Shown here piece by piece: positions 20,902-30,218 of a stretch of 64,000 nucleotides of DNA. The position numbers were made by a program, and so were the translations under genes. The notes under the pieces are model-generated. The model had not been told where the DNA came from. It did no database searches and saw only the letters and a list, made by a program, of their open reading frames with translations. Source of the DNA: Alphaproteobacteria bacterium (GTDB lineage: Bacteria; Pseudomonadota; Alphaproteobacteria; MPNO01); assembly GCA_964291675.2 (NCBI GenBank), contig OZ219866.1:2112001-2176000 (forward strand). The letters are read 5' to 3'. Positions within the stretch are counted from its first letter, which is position 1. Each line of letters begins with the position of its first letter.

Positions 20902-21050
20902 AGCGACACGGGCAGCTTCGCCTGAGCTGCGCAAGGGCTGCGCCCGGCCGCCGCCGAGGCCCGCGATCGAAAACGAAGACTCCCGAATCGCCCGGCCCCC
21001 AAGACGGGGTAAGGTCGCGCACGCGCATGCGACTTCCAGGGGAGACTCGA

Positions 21051-22550
21051 ATGCGGACGCTCATTCGCGGCGGTTGGGTGGTCGGGTATTCCGGTGCCAC
21101 GCATACGCTGATCCGTGACGGGGTGGTGGTCTACGAGGACGACACGATCGTCCATGTCGGCGCCGGCTATGACGGCCATTTCGACCGCGAGATCGACGCC
21201 GCGTCCAGGCTGGTCTCGCCCGGCTTCATCGACACGCACATCCATTCCGGCCACCGCGCCGCCCACCGGCTGATCACCGATGCCGGGCGGCCCGAGTATT
21301 TCGGCCAGCCCTTTTTCGAGACCCTGCCGTCTCGCCGCGGCCGCCCGCATGGCGGCGATGCCGGCGACTGGGTCAAGCGGGCGGACGAGGACGAGGCGGC
21401 CGCCCGGCGGCGCATCGACGCGGCGACCTATACGATCGCCGAGCTGCTGCGCAACGGCACCACGACCTTCATGGATTTCGGCGCGCAGCTGCCGATGCAG
21501 CAGGCGCTGCTCGGCGAAGCGGAGCGGCTCGGCATCCGCGCCTATCTGGCGCCGTCCTACGCCTCGGCCGACTGGGTGGGCGGCGACGACGGCCGCCTGG
21601 TGCGCGACTGGGACGAGGAGAAGGGGCGGCGCGGGCTGCGGGCGGCGATCGACTTCATCGGCGAGCACGACGGCGCGGCCAACGGGCGCATCCGCGGAAT
21701 CCTGATCCCCTTCACCACCGAGCTGATGTCGCTCGAGCTGCTGCGCGAGACCCGCAAGGCGGCGGACTCGCTCGGCGTGCCGGTCTCGATCCACGCGGCG
21801 TATAACGTGGTCGAGTTCTTCCAGATCGTGACCGAGCACGGCATGACGCCGATCGAGCTGCTGGATTCGGTCGGGCTCTGCGCCTCCGACGTGCTGATCG
21901 GGCACGGCAATTTCGTCGCCGAGAACCCGCGCATGAACCACCCGGCCGGGCGCGACCTCGAGCTGATGGCCAAGGGCGGGGCCACGGTGTCGCACTGCCC
22001 GATCAACCTCGCCCGGCGCGGCCGCTGCCTCGATAGCTGGGCGAGCTACAGGAAGGCCGGCGTCAACGTCGCGCTCGGCAGCGACACCTTTCCGCGCGAC
22101 ATGATCATGAACATGCGCTGCGCCTCGCTGGTCGGCAAGATCGTGAGCGGCAGCTTCCTCGAGGCGACGGCGGCCCAGATGTTCGAGGCCGCCACGCTCG
22201 CCGCCACAAGGGTGCTCGGCCGCGACGATCTCGGCCGGCTCGCGCCGGGCGCCAAGGCCGATATCGCGATCATCGACATCTCCGGCCGCGGCACGCTGCG
22301 CTACGGCCCGGTGCGCGACCCGATCAAGAGCCTGGTCGATGTGGGCGTCGGCGACGACGTCGACACCGTCATCGTCGACGGGATCACCCGCGTCGAGGGC
22401 GGCGAGGTCGCCGGCGTCGACATGGCGGCAATCCACCGGTTCGGCCAGGAGGACGCCGAACGGCTGTGGGGCGGGTGGCGGCGCTGGGACGTCGCCGAAC
22501 GGACCGCCGAGGAGGCGAGCCCGTGGTCGTTCCCGCTCGCCGGCCGATGA
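21051..22550 (+). CDS. Metal-dependent amidohydrolase (chlorohydrolase/SsnA-AtzA-like)
   Basis: PGFIDTHIH, SIHAA, GHG, VSHCP, ALGSD, GRLAPGAKAD; GGAG RBS. Confidence 0.9.
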   Translation: MRTLIRGGWVVGYSGATHTLIRDGVVVYEDDTIVHVGAGYDGHFDREIDAASRLVSPGFIDTHIHSGHRAAHRLITDAGRPEYFGQPFFETLPSRRGRPHGGDAGDWVKRADEDEAAARRRIDAATYTIAELLRNGTTTFMDFGAQLPMQQALLGEAERLGIRAYLAPSYASADWVGGDDGRLVRDWDEEKGRRGLRAAIDFIGEHDGAANGRIRGILIPFTTELMSLELLRETRKAADSLGVPVSIHAAYNVVEFFQIVTEHGMTPIELLDSVGLCASDVLIGHGNFVAENPRMNHPAGRDLELMAKGGATVSHCPINLARRGRCLDSWASYRKAGVNVALGSDTFPRDMIMNMRCASLVGKIVSGSFLEATAAQMFEAATLAATRVLGRDDLGRLAPGAKADIAIIDISGRGTLRYGPVRDPIKSLVDVGVGDDVDTVIVDGITRVEGGEVAGVDMAAIHRFGQEDAERLWGGWRRWDVAERTAEEASPWSFPLAGR

Positions 22551-22767
22551 CGGCGGGGCGGATCGCTCTCGTGGAGCGCCCGGACGATCCCGGGCAGGTC
22601 GTGGATGCTCTTGCCCAGGATGCCGAAAAGCGTGCGGCGAACGCAGCGCGGCCGGTCTTCCATGGCGGCGCCCTCCGGTTCAGCTTGCCGGGCGTTCCTC
22701 CTCGACCCGCCCGCCGACGGCCGGCCCGCCGGCTGCCGCGACCTTCTTGCCGGCCCGTTCGACCGAT

Positions 22768-24280
22768 TCAACCCGCCCGCGCGTGCGGAACCGCCTTGGC
22801 GATCTTCTCGATCCCTTCCGGAATGAGGGAGTCGCCGATCACCGAGTATCCCAGGCGGATGTGGTTGCGGTGGTTCTTTTCGTCCGAGAACGTGAAACCG
22901 CCGGTCTCGAAGAACACGCCGTCGGCCTCGACCAGGTCGCGCAGGACGCCCGCATCCGACTCCTCCGGCAAGCGCAGCCAGATGATCGCGCCGCCGTATT
23001 CCGGCTTGGCCGAAGCGCCCGGAAAATGCGACTCGAGAGCTTCGTGCATCACGTCGCATCGCTGCTTCGTGCATCACGTCGCATCGCTGCTTGTAGATCT
23101 TCGTGAGCTTGGCCACGAAGCGGTCGAAATATCCCCGTTGCAGGAACAGCGCCACGCTCCTCTGGTTGTTCACCGGCGGGTGGCGGATGAGGTGGTGGCG
23201 CAGCGCCCGGGCTTCCCGGATGAACTCCCGATCCGCGACCAGGTATCCGATGCGCAGCCCCGGCAGCAGCGACTTCGAGAGGGTGCCGACATAGATGACG
23301 TTGCCCCAGCCGTCGAGGCCCTTCAGCGCCTGCGGCGGGGTCAGGTCGAAGCCGATGTCGGATTCGTAGTCGTCCTCGATCACGAACTGGCCGTTCTTCC
23401 TGGTGATCTCCAGCAGCGCGCGTTTTCGTTCGAGCGGCATGGTGACGGTGGTCGGAAACTGGTGGGTCGGGGTGACGAAGAGACATTTGCAGGCATTCAT
23501 CTCGTCGGACAGGACCAGCCCGTCCCGGTCCACCGGGAGCCGCCGCACCCGCACGCGCTCCATGCGAGCCATGTTGATCGCATCCGGGTAGCCGGGATCC
23601 TCGACACCGATGGTATCGCCCGGCGACAGGAGCAGCCTGATCGCCAAATAGAGGGCCTGTTGACCGCCGACGGTGACCAGGATCTCGTCGGGATGCGCGA
23701 CGATGCCGCGTCTTGAGAGCACGCGCTGGATGAGTTGCTCGATCAGCATCTGATCGTCGGTGTTGGAATAGTCCGCGGCCCAGTTGCGGACCTCGACGAC
23801 ATTCACCGAATCGCGCACGCATTCGCGCCAGCTCTGGATGGGGAACAGCGAGGGGTCGATCAGCCCGCATACGAAGGGGTAGCGGTAGCGGACCAGACAA
23901 TCCGCAGGCTTCGCCACGTGCTGGAGGTCGAAGCTGCGGTCTTGGAAGAACGCACGGTAGTCGATCCTGTCGCGCGGCGAGGCAAGGTCGGCCGGCACGT
24001 CCGGCTTCAGCGCGTGACCCGGATCGATGAGAACGTCCGGGTTGATGAAGAAGCCGGAGCGATTTCTCGACTCCACGAAGCCGTCCTGCTTGAGCCCGTC
24101 ATAGGCCAGGGCGACCGTGGTCACGCTCACCTTGAGCTCCGAGGACAGCCGGCGAATCGACGGAAGGGGGCGATGCAGCGGGTGTTGGCGATTGACGATA
24201 CCGATCGCGATCTGCCGCCGGATCTGCTTCTGGATGCTTTCCGGGGAGTCCCGGTCGATCGCCACCATGTTCTCATACAT
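22768..24280 (-). pseudogene. MocR/GntR-family PLP-dependent regulator (TauR-like), frameshifted by a 25-bp duplication
   Basis: wHTH LPSIRRLS...VTTVALAY; VTPTHQFPT, IEDDYE, GTLSKSLLPGLRIGY; the C-terminus (MHEALESHF...IRLGYS) is in another frame. Confidence 0.88.
23039..23092. repeat. Perfect 25-bp tandem duplication with GCTT microhomology
   Basis: GCTTCGTGCATCACGTCGCATCGCT at 23039-23063 and 23064-23088, followed by GCTT. Confidence 0.97.
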
Positions 24281-24347
24281 CGGGAACTTTCCCCCTTGCG
24301 ACGGAGCGCGCCCGCCGGGTTGTCCGGGGCGGGAGCATCCCCCTGTT

Positions 24348-24378
24348 CTGTATGTATTTCATTTTCTGACTGTATATA
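24348..24378. promoter_or_regulatory. Candidate MocR operator in the divergent promoter region
   Basis: CTGTATGTA and CTGTATATA direct repeats starting 22 bp apart (24348, 24370) in an AT-rich patch. Confidence 0.45.
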
Positions 24379-24484
24379 GGAGCCCGGTCGGACCCGCCAT
24401 AGGCTCGCTCGCACCCGCATCGAGCGAGGCGGCGGAACCGTGCGGCCGCCGCTTCCTCGGACGGCGAACTTCCGGGGAAAAGGC

Positions 24485-26140
24485 GTGCGAAGCGACGAAC
24501 AGTATCTCGGGATCGAACGCTCGCTGCAGCGCGCCTGGGCCAAGGGCGCGGGGCTGATCGACGAGGAGTTCGCCCGCCCGATGATCGCGGTCGTCAACAC
24601 CTGCCAGGAGTTCTCGCCCGAGAACATCCACCTCCGGCAGGTCGGCGACGCGGTCAAGGCGGGCATCCGCATGGCCGGCGGCACGCCCTGCGAGTTCAAC
24701 ACGTTCCACGTCACCGACTCGGAGACCTTCGCCTCCGTCGGCATGCGCTACGTGCTGCCGAGCCGCGACCTCGTCGCCGACATGATCGAGCTCATGGTCG
24801 AGGGCCACCGCTTCGACGCGATGGTGCTGATCGGCTCCGGCGACAAGGTGGTGCCCGGGATGGCGATGGCGGCGGCGCGCCTGGACCTCCCCTCCATCCT
24901 GCTCTATGGCGGGCCGACCCGTGCGGGGGTCTGGCGCAACCGCAAGGTGTTCCTCGAAACCGTCTATGACGGCGTGGGCGAGCACCTGCGGGGCAAGCTC
25001 TCCGAAGCGGATTTGAAGGGTCTCGAGGACAACCACTTCCCGTTCGCCGGCGCCTGCGACACCGCGACATCGGGGAACACCGCGGGAATCTACACCGAGG
25101 CCCTGGGCCTCGCTTTGCCCAACAGCGGCACCCTGCCGGCGGGCAGCAATTTCCAGCTCCGCGCCGCCAAGTACACCGGCATGCGGATCATGGAGATGGT
25201 GGCGGAGGATTTGCGCCCTTCCCGGATCCTCACCCGCGAGGCCTTCGAGAACGCCATGCGGGTCGGCATGGCGATCGGCGGCTCGACCAACATGGTGCTG
25301 CACATGATCGCCATGGCGAAGGAAGCCGGCGTGGAGGTGACCTTCGATAGCTGGGACCGGCTCAGCCGGGAGACGCCGACCCTGGTCAAGCTGGCGCCGT
25401 CCGGGCCGTGGGGGATGACCGATCTCGGCGATGCCGGCGGCGTGCCGGCGGTCATGAAGGCGCTGGGGAACCTCATCCACCCGGGCGCGGCGACCGTCAG
25501 CGGCAGGACCGCCGGAGACCTCGTCCGGGAAGCGGAGATAGGGAACCCGGACTGCATTCGCCGCAGGAACCGCCCGGTCGAATCGGAGGGCTCGATCTAC
25601 ATCCTGCGGGGCAGCCTCGCCCCCGGCGGAGCGGTGGTCAAAGCCTCGGGCGTCGCCCGGGAAATGTGGGATGCCGTCTTGCCGGCCCGGGTCTTCGAAG
25701 ACGAGGAAGGCGCGATCGACGCGCTGCGCAATCGGGACATCCGGCCGGGCACCTGCATCGTCATCCGCAACGAGGGCACAAGGGGCGGTCCCGGGATGCG
25801 CGAGATGCTGGGCGCCACCTCCGCCCTGATGGGGGCGGGGCTCGGCACGAGCTGCGCCCTGGTCACCGACGGCCGCTTCTCAGGTGCCACGCACGGCCCC
25901 GCCATCGGCTACGTCACCCCCGAGGCGGCGCGCGGCGGACCGATCGCGCTGGTGGAGGACGGCGACCGGATCCACATCGACCTGTCGGATCGCAAGCTGG
26001 ATCTGCTGGTGGCTCCCGAGGCGCTGGAGGAGCGCGGGAGCCGGTACGCACCCATGCCCCCGCGGGTTACGCGCGGCTATCTCAAGCACTACGCGGACAC
26101 CGTGGCGCCCGCCTCGGAAGGGGCGGTGATGCCCCGCTAG
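24485..26140 (+). CDS. IlvD/Edd-family dehydratase, divergent active site
   Basis: [37 protein letters not shown]. Confidence 0.9.
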   Translation: MRSDEQYLGIERSLQRAWAKGAGLIDEEFARPMIAVVNTCQEFSPENIHLRQVGDAVKAGIRMAGGTPCEFNTFHVTDSETFASVGMRYVLPSRDLVADMIELMVEGHRFDAMVLIGSGDKVVPGMAMAAARLDLPSILLYGGPTRAGVWRNRKVFLETVYDGVGEHLRGKLSEADLKGLEDNHFPFAGACDTATSGNTAGIYTEALGLALPNSGTLPAGSNFQLRAAKYTGMRIMEMVAEDLRPSRILTREAFENAMRVGMAIGGSTNMVLHMIAMAKEAGVEVTFDSWDRLSRETPTLVKLAPSGPWGMTDLGDAGGVPAVMKALGNLIHPGAATVSGRTAGDLVREAEIGNPDCIRRRNRPVESEGSIYILRGSLAPGGAVVKASGVAREMWDAVLPARVFEDEEGAIDALRNRDIRPGTCIVIRNEGTRGGPGMREMLGATSALMGAGLGTSCALVTDGRFSGATHGPAIGYVTPEAARGGPIALVEDGDRIHIDLSDRKLDLLVAPEALEERGSRYAPMPPRVTRGYLKHYADTVAPASEGAVMPR

Positions 26141-26143
26141 GCG

Positions 26144-27259
26144 ATGGACGGCCCGATGCACATTGCCGTTGGCGACCGCGCCGGGAGCCCGCCCCCGCAA
26201 GGCCCGGCCGGGGCGGCGTGCGGCAAGGCCGCCTGTAGCGTCGTCACCAACGCCGCCTCCACCGGAATCGCGATCGACCGCAAACGGTTGAAGGCGCTGG
26301 CGCGCCGCAGCAACGCGCCCGGGTCGATCTATCTGGCGATCTGGGGTGCCGCGCTCGCGGTCGCCGGCTCCGCGGTCTGGTGGTCGCTGGGCACGGCCTG
26401 GGTCTGGCCGGCGATGCTGGCGTTCGGCGTGGCGATGTCGGTCCCCTCCTACGCGCTCAGCCACGAGACCGCGCACGGGACCGCGTTCCGCACGCGCTGG
26501 CTCAACGAGGCGGTGTTCTGGTTCACCTCGCTGCTCTACGGCGAGGAGCCGCTGCACCGGCGCTATACCCACACCAACCACCACACCCACACCTGGCATG
26601 TCGGACTCGACAGCCAGATGCCGTTCGACACGCCGCTCGACTTCAAGGGCTGGCTCTACGACATCAGCGGCCTCTCGGTGCACCGGTTCCAGGGCCGCGT
26701 GCTGTGGCAGCTCGCCACCAGGCGCTACACCAAGCTGATGCGCGAGGTGTCGCCGGCGGCCGAGCTGCCCAAGATGACCCGCAACGCGCGTCTGTTCGCC
26801 GTCGTCTATCTCGGACTCGCCGTTGCCGTCGCCTCGGGCGCGATGTGGCCGCTCTGGTTCTACGTCCTGCCGCGGCTTCTGGGCGGTCCGATCATGCTGA
26901 TGTTCAACATCGTCCAGCATGCCGAGATGCAGGAGGACTCCCCCTCGATCGTCGACAGCACGCGGAGCTTCCGAACGGATCGGCTGGGCCGGTTTCTCTA
27001 TCTCAACATGAACAACCACATCGAGCACCACCTCTACCCGCAGGTGCCGTTCTATTCGCTCCCGGCGCTGCACGAGGCGGTGGCCGAGCAGACCCCGGAA
27101 CCCGATCCCGGCTTCTGGCGCACCAATCTCGATCTGCTCCGGGTGGTCGTCCGGCGTTCGCTCGGGCGCGGCACCAGGGCCGCCTGGATCCGCCAGGCGC
27201 CGCACATGATCACCGACGGCGGCGGCTATTCGAAGATCGCACGGGCGACGATGCAGTGA
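26144..27259 (+). CDS. Fatty-acid-desaturase-family di-iron membrane oxygenase (MocD-like)
   Basis: His boxes HETAH, HTNHH, QH, HIEHH...P.VPFY.LP; start uncertain. Confidence 0.88.
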   Translation: MDGPMHIAVGDRAGSPPPQGPAGAACGKAACSVVTNAASTGIAIDRKRLKALARRSNAPGSIYLAIWGAALAVAGSAVWWSLGTAWVWPAMLAFGVAMSVPSYALSHETAHGTAFRTRWLNEAVFWFTSLLYGEEPLHRRYTHTNHHTHTWHVGLDSQMPFDTPLDFKGWLYDISGLSVHRFQGRVLWQLATRRYTKLMREVSPAAELPKMTRNARLFAVVYLGLAVAVASGAMWPLWFYVLPRLLGGPIMLMFNIVQHAEMQEDSPSIVDSTRSFRTDRLGRFLYLNMNNHIEHHLYPQVPFYSLPALHEAVAEQTPEPDPGFWRTNLDLLRVVVRRSLGRGTRAAWIRQAPHMITDGGGYSKIARATMQ

Positions 27260-28098
27260 AGCGCAAGCGCATCTACACCTATGGCGGCAGACCGGCGACG
27301 CGCAACTACACCGTCGCCGACATGATCGCGCTCAAGGGCCGGGCCAGGCTCTGCCAGACCTGCCCGGCGACCGAGGAGGAAGCGGCGGCCTGCGAGGCGG
27401 CCGGCATCGACGTGCTGAACGCCTCCGATGCGGACTACCCGGCGGTTCGGGCGGGCGCGCCCGAGACCTTCACCATCGCCGACCTGCCGATGACGGCCCA
27501 CCGGACGCCGGACGACATCCTGCGCGCCGCGGTCAGGGCGGCCGAGGCCGGGGCGGATGCGGTCTACACGCCGCGAAGCCTGCGAACGGTGGAGATGCTG
27601 GCGCGGGAAGGGCTCGCGGTGCAAGGCCATCTCGGGCTGGTGCCGCGGCTCTCCACCTGGCGCGGCGGGCTCAGGATCGTCGGCAAGACGGCGGAGGAGG
27701 CGCTCGATCTCGCCGAGGATTTCCGCCGGCTGGAAGACGCGGGCGCGTATGCGGCCGAGGTCGAGTGCGTGGCATCCGAGGCGCTGGCCGCCATCGCCCC
27801 GCGATCGGGGCTGGTCACCCATTCGATCGGCGCCGGCCCGGCGGGCGACGTGATCTTCATGTTCCTGGTCGACATCTGCGGCGAGCTGGAACGGTCCCCC
27901 GGCCACGCAAGGGCGTTCGCCGATCTGCGCTCGATGCGCCGGCAGATCGTCGACGAGCGCCGGCGCGCGCTCGGCGAGTACCGGGAAGCGGTGATGGATG
28001 GCCGCTACCCGGACGCCGGGACCTCGGTCGCCATGCTCGCGGGCGAGCACGAGAAGCTGGTCGAGGCGCTGGATGCGCGCCCGGCGTTCGCGTCGTGA
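27256..28098 (+). CDS. PanB-like (ketopantoate hydroxymethyltransferase fold) protein, divergent
   Basis: AAGIDV, IADLP, GHLGLVP, LEDAGA...EVECV, SIGAG; lacks the canonical GDS segment. Confidence 0.78.
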   Translation: MKRKRIYTYGGRPATRNYTVADMIALKGRARLCQTCPATEEEAAACEAAGIDVLNASDADYPAVRAGAPETFTIADLPMTAHRTPDDILRAAVRAAEAGADAVYTPRSLRTVEMLAREGLAVQGHLGLVPRLSTWRGGLRIVGKTAEEALDLAEDFRRLEDAGAYAAEVECVASEALAAIAPRSGLVTHSIGAGPAGDVIFMFLVDICGELERSPGHARAFADLRSMRRQIVDERRRALGEYREAVMDGRYPDAGTSVAMLAGEHEKLVEALDARPAFAS

Positions 28099-28108
28099 GG
28101 GTGTGACG

Positions 28109-28417
28109 GTGCCCGAGTGGATCCACGCCTGCGCCTGCGACGAGATCGACGAAGAGGATCTGATCCGTTGGGACCACGCGGGCCGAACCTACGCGATCTA
28201 CCGGGCCGAGGACGGGTTCTACTGCACCGACGGCATGTGCACCCACGAGGCGACCCATCTGGAGCAGGGGCTTCTGACCGGCCACGTCATCGAGTGCCCG
28301 CTGCATCAGGGCCGGTTCGATATCCGCTCCGGCAAGGTGGTCTCGCCGCCGCCCCACGCGGCGCTCAACACCTATCCGGTGAAGACGGAGAACGGACAGG
28401 TCTACGTCAGGCTTTGA
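28109..28417 (+). CDS. Rieske [2Fe-2S] ferredoxin (MocE-like)
   Basis: CTHE...ECPLHQGRFD; start at 28103 or 28109. Confidence 0.92.
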   Translation: MPEWIHACACDEIDEEDLIRWDHAGRTYAIYRAEDGFYCTDGMCTHEATHLEQGLLTGHVIECPLHQGRFDIRSGKVVSPPPHAALNTYPVKTENGQVYVRL

Positions 28418-28480
28418 CCTGGAGGCAGGGCGCAAACGGAGGATCGCGCCGAAACGGAGTGTCGCAACAAGGAGACAGCT

Positions 28481-29494
28481 ATGCAAAACACGCTGAGAAA
28501 ATGGCTATTGCACGGCCTGACGGCCGCGGCGATCACGTCGGCCGCAGCCGCGATTCCGGCACAGGCGAAGGAGAAGTTCATCTTCGCCCACGCCATGAAC
28601 ACCGATCACGTGTTCCACGCGCTCTCGCAGCGCTTCATCTCCGAGCTCAAGGGCAGCGAGGAGATCTCGATCGCCTATCACCCGGGCGGCGATCTGGGCG
28701 ACTGGACGTCATTGTTCGAGCAGTCGATGCAGGGCGTCGTGCCGATGACGCTCACCTGGGCGTCGTCCGACTTCGACAAGCGCCTCGACCTCATCTATCT
28801 CGGCTACATCGTGTCGAACTGGAAGGACGCGAAGAAGCTCTACGGCCCGGGCGCCGGCATGCTCGGGGTCTACAACGACATGCTGGGCGATCTCGGCCTG
28901 CATGCCGTGGGCATCATCCCGACCGATTTCGGCTCGGTGGTGATCCGCAAGGGCGTCGGCAAGCTGCCCCTCAACTATCCCGGCGACCCGAAGGGCATGA
29001 AGATCCGGGTGCCGGGGCTGTCGATCGCCGTCGACCGTTTCAACAGCCTGGGCTTCGCGGCGGTGCCGATCCCGCTCTCCGAGGTGCATACCGCGCTGCA
29101 GCTCGGCACCGTGGACGCGCGTTCGTTCTCGACCGCGGTCGAGACCTACACGCTGCGCGACGTGCTGGAGGCAAACATCCTCACCAACGACTATTTCGAG
29201 GTCGCCTTCTGGCTGGTCAACAAGAAGTGGTGGGACGGGCTGCCGGCCGATGTGCGCTCGGCGTTGCAGGCCGCGGCCGACAAGACCATCGCCTGGTCCT
29301 GGGAGGAGGCGGAGCGCAAGAGCAACGAGTTCCTGCAAAAGGCGCGCGACGCCGGCATCAAGGTCGTCGAGCTGGACGACGCGCAGATGAGCGCCGCCAA
29401 GCAGATCGTCTACGACAAGGAGTGGCCGAAGATGGAGTCCGTGGTCGGCAAGGCGACCATGGACAAGATCCGGCAGATCGTCGGCGTGAAATAG
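28481..29494 (+). CDS. dctP: TRAP transporter substrate-binding protein DctP
   Basis: Signal peptide; GMKIRVP, SEVHTALQLGTVD, WWDGLP. Confidence 0.9.
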   Translation: MQNTLRKWLLHGLTAAAITSAAAAIPAQAKEKFIFAHAMNTDHVFHALSQRFISELKGSEEISIAYHPGGDLGDWTSLFEQSMQGVVPMTLTWASSDFDKRLDLIYLGYIVSNWKDAKKLYGPGAGMLGVYNDMLGDLGLHAVGIIPTDFGSVVIRKGVGKLPLNYPGDPKGMKIRVPGLSIAVDRFNSLGFAAVPIPLSEVHTALQLGTVDARSFSTAVETYTLRDVLEANILTNDYFEVAFWLVNKKWWDGLPADVRSALQAAADKTIAWSWEEAERKSNEFLQKARDAGIKVVELDDAQMSAAKQIVYDKEWPKMESVVGKATMDKIRQIVGVK

Positions 29495-29520
29495 TGAGGC
29501 CCGAGTCTCGTTCTGGGAAC

Positions 29521-29548
29521 CCGTCCGGGCGCTCCGGCGCCCGGACGG
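29521..29548 (+). terminator. Intercistronic hairpin after dctP
   Basis: 12-bp stem CCGTCCGGGCGC / GCGCCCGGACGG with a TCCG loop. Confidence 0.55.
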
Positions 29549-29571
29549 TCCATTGAGCACGAGGCGCCGGC

Positions 29572-30216
29572 ATGGACAGGAAATCCGAACAGCGCCCGCA
29601 CCCGCCGGTGGGCGCGGACTCGTTCATCTACGACCCCGAGCTCGCCTCGCCCGAGCCGCCGCCGCATCTGACGGCGATCCCGGAGGGCGCGCTGGCGGAG
29701 AGGCTGCGCCCGCTGATCGCCGTCGAAGCGGTTCTCGAACGCATATTTTACGTCTTCATCATCGCGTTCGGGCTCTGTCTCGCCGCCCTGATGTTCACCC
29801 AGGTGGTGCTCAGATACGTCTTCGCATCGCCCTTCGTCGGCATCGAGGAGCTCTCGCTGCTGTTCGGCGCCTGGTTCTACTTCCTCGGCATCGCCTATGT
29901 GACGCGCAACGGCGAGCACATCCACGGCGGCATCCTGACCATGGTGGTGGCGAACCGGAATGCCATCCGCGCGGTCCGTCTCGCCATGACCGCGCTCGCC
30001 ATCGCGGCCTGCGTGCTGTTCGGCTACTTCGCCGTCAACTACGCCCTGTTCGAGATCCAGACCGGCCGGCTCAGCTCCTATATGCGCTGGCCGAAGGGCT
30101 GGTGGTCGGCGTCCCTGATATTCGGCTTCGTCGGCACCGCGCTGTACATGGTGCTCCAGGCCGCAAACCAGGCGGTCGACCTCGTCGTACACCTGCGCGG
30201 GAAGGCGGAGGACTAG
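29572..30216 (+). CDS. dctQ: TRAP small permease DctQ
   Basis: QVVLRYVF...EEL...FLG...EHI; four TM segments. Confidence 0.87.
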   Translation: MDRKSEQRPHPPVGADSFIYDPELASPEPPPHLTAIPEGALAERLRPLIAVEAVLERIFYVFIIAFGLCLAALMFTQVVLRYVFASPFVGIEELSLLFGAWFYFLGIAYVTRNGEHIHGGILTMVVANRNAIRAVRLAMTALAIAACVLFGYFAVNYALFEIQTGRLSSYMRWPKGWWSASLIFGFVGTALYMVLQAANQAVDLVVHLRGKAED

Positions 30217-30218
30217 CT

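Noticed and set aside
22301-22767. C-terminal extension of the 659-aa MocR ORF as a novel fused domain
   Set aside because: It results from the 25-bp frameshift; the sequence is low-complexity and overlaps the amidohydrolase gene antisense
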